DNA of 37,052 nucleotides from Eubacteriales bacterium (GTDB lineage: Bacteria > Bacillota > Clostridia > Oscillospirales > CAG-272): positions 1-37,052 of the forward strand of contig JAZRHS010000014.1 in assembly GCA_045644865.1 (NCBI GenBank), given 5' to 3'. The translations under genes and the position numbers were made by a program. The notes below the pieces were generated by a model. It saw nothing but the letters and a program-made list of their open reading frames with translations, had not been told where the DNA came from and did no database searches. Below are positions 1 to 9,487 of the stretch, piece after piece. Position 1 is the first letter of the stretch; every line of letters starts with the position of its first letter.

Positions 1-29
1 CACAGAAGCCCGAAGCTTACGAGTTTTAA
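1..29 (+). CDS. rplM: 50S ribosomal protein L13, 3' end (partial)
   Basis: Frame from nt 3 reads QKPEAYEF*, like the L13 C-terminus; lies directly upstream of rpsI as in the conserved rplM-rpsI operon. Confidence 0.8.
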
Positions 30-53
30 TCTGAGAAAGGAAGGATTAAGAAT

Positions 54-455
54 ATGTACGAAAGCGCAAAGCCTTATTTCTACGGAACAGGCAGAAGAAA
101 GAAGTCCGTAGCACGTGTACGCATAGTACCCGGCACAGGTGTTATCACCATCAATAAGAAGGACATTGACGAATATTTCGGACTTGAGACACTCAAGCTC
201 ATCGTTAACCAGCCCTTCGGCGTAACAGGCACAGAGGGTAAGTTTGATATCATCGCAACAGTAGTAGGCGGCGGTATCTCCGGTCAGGCAGGCGCAATCC
301 GCCACGGTCTTGCAAGAGCTCTTGTTTGCTCTGATGAAACACTCAGACCCGCTCTTAAGGCAGCAGGATTCCTTCGCCGCGACCCCAGAATGAAGGAAAG
401 AAAGAAGTACGGACTCAAGGGCGCTCGTCGTGCTCCTCAGTTCAGCAAGAGATAA
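54..455 (+). CDS. rpsI: 30S ribosomal protein S9
   Basis: [39 protein letters not shown] motifs; AGGAAGGA RBS. Confidence 0.99.
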   Translation: MYESAKPYFYGTGRRKKSVARVRIVPGTGVITINKKDIDEYFGLETLKLIVNQPFGVTGTEGKFDIIATVVGGGISGQAGAIRHGLARALVCSDETLRPALKAAGFLRRDPRMKERKKYGLKGARRAPQFSKR

Positions 456-485
456 GTTCAGCCTTTGAGCGGTTATTTCAATATA

Positions 486-519
486 CAAAAAGCTCTGCTT
501 TGGCAGAGCTTTTTGTTTT
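486..519 (+). terminator. Intrinsic terminator after rpsI
   Basis: CAAAAAGCTCTGC-TTTG-GCAGAGCTTTTTG hairpin with T-rich tail. Confidence 0.85.
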
Positions 520-542
520 GTAGGGGCGACCATTGGTCGTTC
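520..542 (+). repeat. Single GTAG-type REP-like palindrome
   Basis: GTAG followed by imperfect palindrome GGGCGACCA-T-TGGTCGTTC; only one intergenic copy seen. Confidence 0.4.
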
Positions 543-563
543 GCTTTTTATCTGATCGACCTA

Positions 564-592
564 TTTACAATTTTTTGGTTTTGTGATATAAT
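564..592 (+). promoter_or_regulatory. SigmaA promoter for the small membrane-protein genes
   Basis: TTTACA-17bp-TATAAT with TGn extended -10. Confidence 0.7.
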
Positions 593-605
593 TAATATAA
601 ATCGA

Positions 606-716
606 ATGTCAGGTACACCTATGCACAGAGGCTTTACTCGTCATTTAATGTGTCCAAAATGCAACAAGCGCACTTGGTGCAAGAAGATAGTGAATAAATT
701 CCAAAGGAGATATTTT
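606..716 (+). pseudogene. Possible remnant of a Zn-ribbon protein, in frame with the next gene
   Basis: Encodes MHRGFTRHLMCPKCNKRTWCKK (His plus one CxxC only), no RBS, begins just after the predicted promoter. Confidence 0.35.
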
Positions 717-1046
717 ATGCCTGCATTTATTATAACCCTTGTTGTTGGTGTTATCTGCATTATTCTCGGCGCTTCAAATATGCGGGGGAATATTTCTTCG
801 CTTCACTCTTATCACAGACACCGAGTTTCTGATGATGATATTCTTCCTTTTGGAAGAATAGTGGGACTTGGAATAATTATTATCGGCATAGGAATAATCC
901 TGTTCAGCATTTTGTCGGTTATAACAATTTATACCGATAAAAATATTTTCATTTTGGTTGGAACTGCGGTTATGACCGCAGGTATTATAGGCGGAACGGC
1001 ATTAAGCTTTTACGCAATGAAAAAGTATAATAAGGGTATTTTTTAA
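717..1046 (+). CDS. Small membrane protein (about 3 TM), unknown function
   Basis: AAGGAG RBS at 704-709 before ATG 717; three hydrophobic stretches; the ORF-track start at 465 crosses a terminator and promoter. Confidence 0.75.
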   Translation: MPAFIITLVVGVICIILGASNMRGNISSLHSYHRHRVSDDDILPFGRIVGLGIIIIGIGIILFSILSVITIYTDKNIFILVGTAVMTAGIIGGTALSFYAMKKYNKGIF

Positions 1047-1069
1047 TCCTCAAAAGGAGCGTATAAGGT

Positions 1070-1291
1070 ATGAAAAAGCAAAAAGAACCGAACAATAAGA
1101 TACAGTTTATGCCTGTGTTTATGAGCATTGGGCTTTCTATCGGTATGGCAATAGGCGTGGCTTTTGACAATATGGTTATAGGTATGTGTATTGGTATGAG
1201 TGTCGGCTTGTGCGTTGGTGTGGCTATTGATGCTGTAAACAACAAGCAAAACAAGTCCGATTCAAACATAGATGACGAGGAAACAGACTGA
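1070..1291 (+). CDS. Small glycine-zipper membrane protein
   Basis: AAGGAG upstream; two GxxxGxxxG helices (GLSIGMAIG, GMCIGMSVGLCVG); acidic tail. Confidence 0.75.
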   Translation: MKKQKEPNNKIQFMPVFMSIGLSIGMAIGVAFDNMVIGMCIGMSVGLCVGVAIDAVNNKQNKSDSNIDDEETD

Positions 1292-1301
1292 TTTTGCGCA
1301 C

Positions 1302-1334
1302 AAAAGGGACTGTACTTTAAGTACAGTCCCTTTT
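1302..1334. terminator. Bidirectional terminator between convergent genes
   Basis: AAAAGGGACTGTACTT-T-AAGTACAGTCCCTTTT perfect inverted repeat. Confidence 0.9.
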
Positions 1335-1335
1335 C

Positions 1336-4300
1336 TTATATTATGATTTTAACCTCATCGCCGAGGGGGAGTGAGTAGATAACTATCTCATCGGGGGCTT
1401 TGCCAAGCATTTCACTAATCGCCATAGCGTAGTATTTAAGCTGCTCGGCGTGTCTTTTGGTAAGCTTTTTTGTTGCTAATGAGGGCGACGAAAGCTCTTC
1501 CTTGGTCAGATAATCGGTCTTGTAGTCGCAAAGCACGATTTTTCCGTCGGCATCCTCAAAAAAGATATCAATAACACCCTGAACGGCAATTTTTTCGTTT
1601 TCAAGAAGCTTGGCTTTTTCCTTGGCATCGGTGAAATCCGAGGCGGGGAGGAAAATGTTAAAGCGTTGCTCGCGCCATACTCGCTTTGCACTTGAAAGTC
1701 TGGCGTAAAGTCGGCTCTTGAAAAAGGCGGCAAGCTGATTTTTGTTAACAATATCAGCATATGTGGGGGAAATAAACCTGTTTTCCTTTAAGCGGCAAAG
1801 CTCTTCGTCGATGCCGTTTCTGACCGCGTTATCAAAATCGCAGAACTGCAAAAAGGCGTGTGTTGCAGTGCCTCGCTCTGCCGCGCCAGCCTTTTTTTCG
1901 CCTAAAAGGCTTTCGGGAACTGTAAAGCTTTGACCAAACTGTTCATCAAAATCCTTGTCAAGCATTTCGGGTGTTGCCACGCCCTCGTCAGCCAGATCAA
2001 GTACTCTTGGCGAGAGCGCCGAAACAGCAAGCTTGGCGGGGAGCTTTGAGATATGCTCAAACTCATATTTGAAATTAAATCTCTCGTTAAGCAGGCGTAC
2101 TATTTCGGGGTCTGCTTTGATTTTGGGGGATTTTTCCTGTGCCTTTGCTTCTTGGTCAAGGCTGTTTGGGGCTTCCTCTACCTCAATGGTTTCCTCTGCG
2201 AGCAGCCTGATAGATTCCACATCGCTTGGGATACGGTTAACCCTGAAGGCATCGGGGGTTGCCGAGAAGGGAAGCGCCATCATTATCCACTCTATATAGG
2301 AGTTTGCGCACAGCACAGCGTAGTTTCTATCGTGTTTGCAGATTTCCTTAACCTTGCTTGTTTTCTTTTCTTCCTCGGGCAGATTTGCCACGATATAAAG
2401 ACGCTCTCTCGCGCGGGTCATAGCCACATACAAAAGGCGCATTTCTTCCTCTCGCTGAAGCACCGAAACGGTGTCGGATATAGCACTTCTCAAGGGCGAA
2501 CGGTATTGGGCAAGACCTGTTTCATCGTGGGGAAGAAAACCTATTCCAAGAGAGGGCTCAAAAAGAATTTTACTCTTTTTGAAGTCGGTATTGAACTGCT
2601 TCTCGCATTGATATATAAAGCAAACAGGGAACTCAAGCCCCTTGGAGTGGTGTATGGTGATAAGCTTAACGCTGTTGCTGTCGCTTGACTGTTCGTCGCC
2701 CGAAAGGCTTACCTTGCTTTCAATAAGCTCGTTTATAAATTTTATAAAGCCGTAAAGTCCCTTGAAGCCGTTTGACTCGTACTTTATGGCGTACTCGTAC
2801 AGGCGAAGGAGATTTTTTGCGCTTCCGTCCGAGTAGGAAAGCAACGAAAGCTCCTTGTAAAGCTTTTTGATCAGCTTGTCGCAGGGCGAAGCGGCAGAAG
2901 CCGAGCGCCAGTATTCAAGGTCGGAAATAAAGCCCTTACATTTTTCGCCAAGAGGGGTTTCGTTGTCTGAATACTCAACAAGTGCATCATAAAGTGAAAG
3001 CGATGGGTCAGACGCGCTTGTTCTTACTGTGATTATTTCATCGAAGCTAAAGCCAAAGATAGGCGAACGGAGCGTTCCCGCCAAAGAAATATCCTTTTGG
3101 GGATTGTCGATAGCAGTCAACAGGGCAATAACGAGAAGCACCTCGGGGTTTTCGAAGAAATTTACCGTTTCGGAGTTTTCCACGGGAATACCAAGGGCGG
3201 TAAGCTCTCGCTCAAGGCTTGAAAAGTCCTTTTTGCCGCGGGCAAGTATGGCAATATCCTTGTATTCGATAAGCCTTTGGCGAACAAGTCCGTTCTCGTC
3301 TTTGTAGGGAGCAAGATATTCCTTCCCTACAAGCCGATTGATTTCCTTTGCTATATAACGGGCGGCGGCAAGGGAGTTTTCGGCTTTCTGGGCGTCGTCA
3401 AGTGAGGAATTTGACACGCCCTCGGGCAGAGTACCCGTCAAGGCTAATGTTACAGGTGTGGGAGCATAATCCTTGTCAACACAAATCTTCGCAAACCTTA
3501 AATCGTCCTCGTCGCTGTATCCGATGCTCTTTGAGCGAATCGAGAACAGGAAGGAGGAAACTGTGTTTGAAAAATTTATAACCGTCTTGTCGCATCTGAA
3601 GTTTTCGGACATAAACAGAGAACATTCCTTGGCATCAGCAGTACCAAGAATGGGCAGAGTGCGCTTGTACATAGCGAAAATATCGGGGTTTGCGCCTCTG
3701 AAGCTGTAAATGCTCTGCTTGATGTCGCCTACCATAAATCGGTTGTCATTACGGGCGATAGCGTTGAAAATAGCGTCCTGAACATCGTCAACATCCTGAT
3801 ATTCGTCGATATAGATATAGTCGAACCTGTCCCTGTATTCAAGAGCAATATTGGTAGGAGTACCGTCGGAGGTGCAGAGGATATCAAGTACAAACCGCCT
3901 GATATCGGTAAATGTGAATGAGCATCTTGCCGTCTTTTCGGCATTCAGCCTTGTGTCAAACTCACTGAGAAGCCTGTAAAGACCATCACAAATCTCGGCG
4001 TTTTGCGTGAAAGAAAGAGAGATTTCCTCGGGGGTGTGGGAGAAGTAGTTCTTCCGGTGTGTTTCAAGCAATTTTTTCAGCTTGTCGCGTTTGTCCTTCT
4101 GCTCGGTTATTACGGGATTACCTCCCTTGTATGATGAAAGCTTGGTAAATTTTATTTCGTCTATTGCTCTCTTTGCTTCGCAGTAATTTCTCGCTTTTAT
4201 GTAGCCAAGAAGGCTTTGCCATACCGAAATGTCGTCAGAGAAGCCTGCGGCATAAGCCTTTTTTGCTTCCTCGTCGGAGTTGATTATTTCAAGCGACTCT

Positions 4301-4983
4301 TTTGACTGGGTGATGGCGTAGTTGAAGAACGCTTCCGAAGCATTTATTGCCGCCTCGCCGTATTTTGTTTTAAGGAAATCCTCTTTTGCAGCTTCCACAA
4401 GATCCTTTTTGTAGTCAAGAAGGGTTTCTGTTCCTTTTCGTAGGCTTTGAAGCTTTTTATGTATGTCAAGGAATATTTCACCTATGTTTGCGCTTTGGCG
4501 TACATCTGAAAAATGCTCGGTAAAGCGATCAAAGCCATCGGTGAAGAAAAGATCCTCAATGGTTTCTTCCATAACCGCACGACAGAGCGGGCCTGTTTCG
4601 GCGTCATCGGCTATGCGGGGTATCTGTGTTAATGAAAGCCTTTGAAAGTTGTTTTTAACTATCTCGTAATAGAAGGAATCTATAGTGGAGATGTGTGCGC
4701 TTCCCAATGCGATAAGCTGAGAGGGAAGATACGGGTTTTCGGGGTCTTCCAAAAGAGCCTTTGAAAGAGCCTTTGATATTTTTGCTTTAAGGTCGGCTGC
4801 CGAAGCGCGGGTAAAGGTAACTATCAGCATACGGGAGATATCGGCAGGAGAATCCTTGTCTATGAGCGACTCTATGATTCGCTGAGTCAGGGTTGCGGTT
4901 TTTCCCGAGCCTGCCGCCGCACTTACAATAAGGGTTTTGTCCCTTGTGTCAATGGCGGCCTGCTGTCTTTCTGTCCAAGCCAT
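1336..4983 (-). CDS. addA: ATP-dependent helicase/nuclease subunit A
   Basis: SAAAGSGKT Walker A, DEYQD, VGDIKQSIYSFRGA, TIHHSKGLEFP, YVAMTRA; C-terminal RecB-type nuclease GVID..DYKT..QLKYY. Confidence 0.96.
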   Translation of the reverse strand: MAWTERQQAAIDTRDKTLIVSAAAGSGKTATLTQRIIESLIDKDSPADISRMLIVTFTRASAADLKAKISKALSKALLEDPENPYLPSQLIALGSAHISTIDSFYYEIVKNNFQRLSLTQIPRIADDAETGPLCRAVMEETIEDLFFTDGFDRFTEHFSDVRQSANIGEIFLDIHKKLQSLRKGTETLLDYKKDLVEAAKEDFLKTKYGEAAINASEAFFNYAITQSKESLEIINSDEEAKKAYAAGFSDDISVWQSLLGYIKARNYCEAKRAIDEIKFTKLSSYKGGNPVITEQKDKRDKLKKLLETHRKNYFSHTPEEISLSFTQNAEICDGLYRLLSEFDTRLNAEKTARCSFTFTDIRRFVLDILCTSDGTPTNIALEYRDRFDYIYIDEYQDVDDVQDAIFNAIARNDNRFMVGDIKQSIYSFRGANPDIFAMYKRTLPILGTADAKECSLFMSENFRCDKTVINFSNTVSSFLFSIRSKSIGYSDEDDLRFAKICVDKDYAPTPVTLALTGTLPEGVSNSSLDDAQKAENSLAAARYIAKEINRLVGKEYLAPYKDENGLVRQRLIEYKDIAILARGKKDFSSLERELTALGIPVENSETVNFFENPEVLLVIALLTAIDNPQKDISLAGTLRSPIFGFSFDEIITVRTSASDPSLSLYDALVEYSDNETPLGEKCKGFISDLEYWRSASAASPCDKLIKKLYKELSLLSYSDGSAKNLLRLYEYAIKYESNGFKGLYGFIKFINELIESKVSLSGDEQSSDSNSVKLITIHHSKGLEFPVCFIYQCEKQFNTDFKKSKILFEPSLGIGFLPHDETGLAQYRSPLRSAISDTVSVLQREEEMRLLYVAMTRARERLYIVANLPEEEKKTSKVKEICKHDRNYAVLCANSYIEWIMMALPFSATPDAFRVNRIPSDVESIRLLAEETIEVEEAPNSLDQEAKAQEKSPKIKADPEIVRLLNERFNFKYEFEHISKLPAKLAVSALSPRVLDLADEGVATPEMLDKDFDEQFGQSFTVPESLLGEKKAGAAERGTATHAFLQFCDFDNAVRNGIDEELCRLKENRFISPTYADIVNKNQLAAFFKSRLYARLSSAKRVWREQRFNIFLPASDFTDAKEKAKLLENEKIAVQGVIDIFFEDADGKIVLCDYKTDYLTKEELSSPSLATKKLTKRHAEQLKYYAMAISEMLGKAPDEIVIYSLPLGDEVKIII

Positions 4984-4998
4984 ATGATTCTCCTTTCT

Positions 4999-7900
4999 TT
5001 ATTCCTCTTCTTCGTCGCTTTTTTCCTCTGCCTTAAGGTCAACACGGCAGAATTGCTTCATTTTGCAGTATTCGCAGGGGTATTTGTCCCCAAGCTTAAG
5101 GGGGGAAATGTTGGCGTTTCCCCCGCGCATACTTGTGGCGATCTGGACAAGGGTGTTTGTTATGGATTCTTCAAGGTGAGCGAAGCTCTCGTCATCGGTA
5201 AGGCTTTTGCCTTTTATAGTTCCGTCCTTAAGTTGGCTTACACCCGGAAGATATTTAGTGTTCAGGTCGTGGCAAAGCTCAAGCAAAATATCCTCGTCGT
5301 CGGTTACCAAGCCCGCACGGGGAATGTTTGATTTTGCTTTTTCAATTATTTCCTCGGTTGTTGTGTTAAGGTCGGCGTCTATAGTGCCAAGAGCGGTGGA
5401 AACATATATAATTCCCGCGGGCTTAATGCTGTCGCCCTCGTTGCAGCCAATCGCCTTGCGAAATTTCTCTGAGGCGGTGTTGCAAATTGCAAACATATAG
5501 AGTAAGAGCTGAATATTCAAGCCCTGTTCAACCTCGTCAAGAGAAAAGGTCTTTGTTCCCGTTTTGTAGTCGACGACCTTTATGTAGACCGTGTCATTTT
5601 TCTTGAATATGTCAAGGCGGTCAACAGTTCCTTCAAGAGTTATCTTGCTTTTGTCGTTAAGAGTAAGCTCAAAGGCGGGGAGAATGTCGCTGTTGCGGTT
5701 GCCAAAGCGCATTTCAAGATATTTTGGCACAAAGCTGCTTAACAACAGCTCGTTGTAAAGAGAGGAAGCCACTACCACCGCAAGCTTTGTCAAGCGTTCA
5801 AAGAGGTGAAGCTGGCGTCTTGAGGGGGTTGTACGGCTTGAGAATATCCTGTCAATATAAAGCTTTGCTTCTTTTCTGATGACTTCTTCAAGTTCTGTCT
5901 GGGAGATGCCTCTGTTGAGTCCGTTTTCGTCTACGGTATATCTGATAAACACCTCGAGAAGCCTGTGAATAAATGTTCCCGTATCAGCGTATCCAAAGCT
6001 TGCTGTAGCGTTATCGCGAAGCCCAAGAATGTAATTGCAAAAGTAATTAAAGTGGCACTTTACATATTGGTCTATTTTACTTTGTGTAAGCGAAAGCCTG
6101 TTTCCAAACAAGGCTGATGCTGTGTCGGGCGAAAGCTTGCAGGCTGTGTCGCTTATGGGAATGTCTATTCTGTTAAGCGCACCACAAAATTCGGGGTTGT
6201 CTTCGAAAAGTTCCTTAAGCGCCGCGGAGCAATCCTTATTCTTTAACGACCTGTAGGACTCAAAGGCAAGTGCTTTTGACATAAGCCTGTCAAGCTCGCC
6301 TGTGCGCTCGTAGCAGATAGGCTTTTCAATATGCAGAAGTGCGCAAGCTCTTGTAATAGCCAGCGAGGGCTTTTGCGGAGCATTTCCCGATTTGGTGTGA
6401 TAGGTCATTATAAGCTTGTCTGAGGGCATAGTAACAGCTCTGTAGGCGTACAAAAGCTCCTCTGCGCTGCCCTCCTTGGTGTTGCTTGAAAGCTCTATGC
6501 CAAGCTCCGAGAGCTTTTGCTTTTCGTTGTCCGAGAAAAATCCGTTTTCGGAGATATGTGCAGGGAACTTGCCGTCGCACATTCCCATAAGAACAGCGCA
6601 TTTAATATTGCTTGCGCGGAGCATTGAGGCAGAGCCTAAAATAACCTCGTCTGCGGCGGTGGGAATAGTACCTATATCGGTGTTTCCAAGCACGGCTTTA
6701 AGCGATGAGCAAAATTCCTCAATCGACATTTCTTCTTCACCAAGAACAGATGAAATATCATCAAGCACCTTGATAAACGCCTTGTGAGTACCTGCAATTT
6801 CAAGGGCGCTTTTTTTGTCGTTCTTCCTGTACGCATCTCTTGAACGGGCGAGAAGCTTCTCCGAAAGCTCTTGGGTTTTGAAGAAATCAAAGGTTGCCTG
6901 ACAAAGCTCGGCAACATTCTTTGCCGCGTCAAGCGCAGAGAAAAAGGCGGAGAGTGAGGGAACAAGCCTGTTCTTTACCTCGTTGGCGGTATCTCGAATC
7001 TTCATTCCGCGAGGGGATATTCTTTCGTAATATCCGTCGGGGTTCATAGTCCATATTTCATCAAAAAAGCGGTTTCCGCTTATCTTCCAAGCCGAAATAT
7101 AAAGCTCGAAAAGGTCAATGTCGGTGGGGGAAATGTCAGACAATCCTGCTTTTAGATAGCCTATTACATCTTCGGTGCGCCAGTTTTTCAGCTTTATGGC
7201 AAAGGCTGACATTATAAACGAAATAAGAGGTTGTGTAATAAGGTCTGTTTTTTCGGACATAAAGAAGGGAACGCCTGCCTTTTCAAGGGCGGTGTCGATT
7301 ATGCCGCGATAGGAGTCCATATTTCCCGCAACTATGGCTATCTCGTTGTAGCGATAACCCTTGTGGAGAAGCGAAAGCACCGTGTTCGCCGCCGACTCTG
7401 CCTCACTGTACATATCGGCACATTCAATGATTTTTACACTTTCATCGTCCTCGATTTTCGGAAGCTGCGAGGTGTTGACCGAAAAGTTCCAAAGATGTTC
7501 CCAAAGCCTTTTTAATGCGGGAGTTGAAGCTCTGTGCGGCTCGCTCAAAATCATAGTGCCGCGTGAGTCCTTGTCGGTAAGCTCTATAAGCTTTTTTGAG
7601 GTCTTGTTGACACTATGCAGGTGAATTGCGCCTGTTGTGGGGGCGTTTGAGGGAATAGTTATTGTGCAGTTATCTGCTTGAGCAAAAATGCGTTCAATTA
7701 TCTTGTATTCCCAAGCGGTAAAGCTTGAGAAGGAGTCTATGTACACATTGTATCCGTTGAAGAAATTGTTGGTGCAAAGAAGCTTGTAAAGCTTTTCCAG
7801 ATCGTCGGTAACATCGTCATAGGAGCTTTCCACCGCCCCCGAATATGACGAATATATAAGCGAAAGGTCATTGAGCTTTGCCTTTAGCTGACTTTTGTCG

Positions 7901-8334
7901 TCAAGACTGTTTGCGGCGCGTTCAAGCTGATGAGCCTTTATTCCGTTTATCTTAAACTCATTTATCTGCGAAAGCATAAGAGCGGGAAGAGAGCTGTCGC
8001 CCACCGCTCTAAGATTGTATTCAATAAGCATAGGCGCAAGCTCTATAAGCGTGCGCTTCATAAACAGGCTTTTCATACCGCTTGTGATATAGTTGTAGCA
8101 TAAGCCTCCGTATATTCTGAAAAGCTTGTTTGCAAGTCTTGTAAAGTTAAGCACCTCAAAGGAAAGCTGTGCCGATGCGGGCAGCATAAGAAGCATACCG
8201 CGCTCGGCTTCTACTGTCTGCTGTTCGGGTACGATAAGCATTGCTTGCTTACCAAGAGCGATATCATTTTTTATTCGGTTTGTTATTTCGGTGGTTTTTC
8301 CTGTTCCGGGAAGACCGTAAATGAAGTTTAACAT
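4999..8334 (-). CDS. addB: ATP-dependent helicase/nuclease subunit B
   Basis: GLPGTGKT, IVPEQ, nuclease GTVDRLD..VVDYKTG..QL, Fe-S ligands C..CEYCKMKQFC; ATG 8334 follows GAGGTG RBS; adjacent to addA. Confidence 0.94.
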   Translation of the reverse strand: MLNFIYGLPGTGKTTEITNRIKNDIALGKQAMLIVPEQQTVEAERGMLLMLPASAQLSFEVLNFTRLANKLFRIYGGLCYNYITSGMKSLFMKRTLIELAPMLIEYNLRAVGDSSLPALMLSQINEFKINGIKAHQLERAANSLDDKSQLKAKLNDLSLIYSSYSGAVESSYDDVTDDLEKLYKLLCTNNFFNGYNVYIDSFSSFTAWEYKIIERIFAQADNCTITIPSNAPTTGAIHLHSVNKTSKKLIELTDKDSRGTMILSEPHRASTPALKRLWEHLWNFSVNTSQLPKIEDDESVKIIECADMYSEAESAANTVLSLLHKGYRYNEIAIVAGNMDSYRGIIDTALEKAGVPFFMSEKTDLITQPLISFIMSAFAIKLKNWRTEDVIGYLKAGLSDISPTDIDLFELYISAWKISGNRFFDEIWTMNPDGYYERISPRGMKIRDTANEVKNRLVPSLSAFFSALDAAKNVAELCQATFDFFKTQELSEKLLARSRDAYRKNDKKSALEIAGTHKAFIKVLDDISSVLGEEEMSIEEFCSSLKAVLGNTDIGTIPTAADEVILGSASMLRASNIKCAVLMGMCDGKFPAHISENGFFSDNEKQKLSELGIELSSNTKEGSAEELLYAYRAVTMPSDKLIMTYHTKSGNAPQKPSLAITRACALLHIEKPICYERTGELDRLMSKALAFESYRSLKNKDCSAALKELFEDNPEFCGALNRIDIPISDTACKLSPDTASALFGNRLSLTQSKIDQYVKCHFNYFCNYILGLRDNATASFGYADTGTFIHRLLEVFIRYTVDENGLNRGISQTELEEVIRKEAKLYIDRIFSSRTTPSRRQLHLFERLTKLAVVVASSLYNELLLSSFVPKYLEMRFGNRNSDILPAFELTLNDKSKITLEGTVDRLDIFKKNDTVYIKVVDYKTGTKTFSLDEVEQGLNIQLLLYMFAICNTASEKFRKAIGCNEGDSIKPAGIIYVSTALGTIDADLNTTTEEIIEKAKSNIPRAGLVTDDEDILLELCHDLNTKYLPGVSQLKDGTIKGKSLTDDESFAHLEESITNTLVQIATSMRGGNANISPLKLGDKYPCEYCKMKQFCRVDLKAEEKSDEEEE

Positions 8335-8382
8335 TTTGCACCTCAATAAATGTAACTCTTTTTTAGTCGTTAATGTGAGCTT

Positions 8383-9213
8383 TTATTTTTCCTCGTCGGA
8401 GCGAATTGTTTCTAAATTTCTCAATAAAGTGGGGCGGCCTCGCCAGGAGAACGCGCGCTTTGCGAACTCTTCCTCGTCCATATTTTCAATCATTTCGTAT
8501 GTAAGCTTTGGTGTGGTTTTAACAGAGAAAAACTCTATGGGTGAGTATATAGTTCCTGCTTTTTTTGCTTTTTTTGTGTGTGGGCAGACTTCTGTGCAGA
8601 TATCACAGCCCCAAAGGCTGTACTTTTTCAAAATATCCTGCTCACTTGACGAAAGCTCACCCTTCTTTTGGGTTATGGCTGACAGGCACTCACCGCACTC
8701 TCCATTTTTCCACGGGCAAGCAGATACGCATAGTCCGCAGCCCTCACAATAGCGTGGGCTTTGCTGGCGGCAGATGCCGCTTTCAAGCTCCGCGCCAACT
8801 ATAAGCTCGGCAAGAAAGATGTATGAGGAATATTTTTCTGTAATAATAAGTCCGTTTTTTCCAAGCATTCCAAGTCCGCCCTTAAGCGCCGCATCACGCT
8901 CGTTAATAGGTGAGTGGTCGGCAAACAGAGCAAAGGAAATATTGGGGTATAGCACCTTTAATTTGGGAATAAGCCTTGCGGATAATTCCTTTACAAAAAG
9001 ATGATAGTCGCGCCCTACCGCGTATGCTGAAATATTTCTGTCCTCGTCGCAGGCCTTGGTGTAATAGGGAATAGCGAATATCACCGCAAAGCCTGAGTCA
9101 ATATCTGCTCTTTCAAGCAGGTATTTCTTTGTAATAACGCATTTGTCAAGGGGAAGAAAAACAGAAAGGTCTATTCCTTCGCTTTTAAGAAGCTCTTTTA
9201 TTTTCTCGACCAT
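8383..9213 (-). CDS. queG: Epoxyqueuosine reductase (QueG family)
   Basis: ISAYAVGRDYH, GLGMLGKNGL, CEGCGLCVSACP, CLS, WGCDICTEVCP (two 4Fe-4S ligand sets); GGAGG RBS. Confidence 0.82.
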   Translation of the reverse strand: MVEKIKELLKSEGIDLSVFLPLDKCVITKKYLLERADIDSGFAVIFAIPYYTKACDEDRNISAYAVGRDYHLFVKELSARLIPKLKVLYPNISFALFADHSPINERDAALKGGLGMLGKNGLIITEKYSSYIFLAELIVGAELESGICRQQSPRYCEGCGLCVSACPWKNGECGECLSAITQKKGELSSSEQDILKKYSLWGCDICTEVCPHTKKAKKAGTIYSPIEFFSVKTTPKLTYEMIENMDEEEFAKRAFSWRGRPTLLRNLETIRSDEEK

Positions 9214-9249
9214 AGCAATTCCTCCGCCTAATAATTATAATATATACTT

Positions 9250-9278
9250 ATTATAACATAAAGTGAGCGAAAAAACAA
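9250..9278 (-). promoter_or_regulatory. Putative promoter for queG-addB-addA
   Basis: Minus strand TTGTTT-17bp-TATAAT with TGn extension. Confidence 0.5.
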
Positions 9279-9433
9279 ACCCAATATAAAAAGTTTTTTT
9301 GAATTTTTTGTTCCCTCGTCAAAATATCATCACATATGGGATTTATAATTGAATCAGACGATAAGGTTTTGAAAAGGAAATCATATAAATCTGTCGATTT
9401 CCGAATATCGTTCTTAAAAATAGCGCAAAGCTC

Positions 9434-9462
9434 TTGAAAAAAACGAGAAAATGCTATATAAT
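9434..9462 (+). promoter_or_regulatory. SigmaA promoter of the two-component operon
   Basis: TTGAAA-17bp-TATAAT. Confidence 0.65.
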
Positions 9463-9487
9463 ATACCTGTGAATGGGGGTGTTTTTG

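Noticed and set aside
367-390. S9 reads GFLRRD instead of the usual GFLTRD
   Set aside because: Single substitution with no supportable consequence
465-605. N-terminal extension of the 193-aa ORF
   Set aside because: Runs through the rpsI terminator, REP-like element and a promoter
9403-9413. LexA-box-like GAATATCGTTC upstream of addBA
   Set aside because: Spacer is 3 nt rather than 4 and the left half mismatches GAAC
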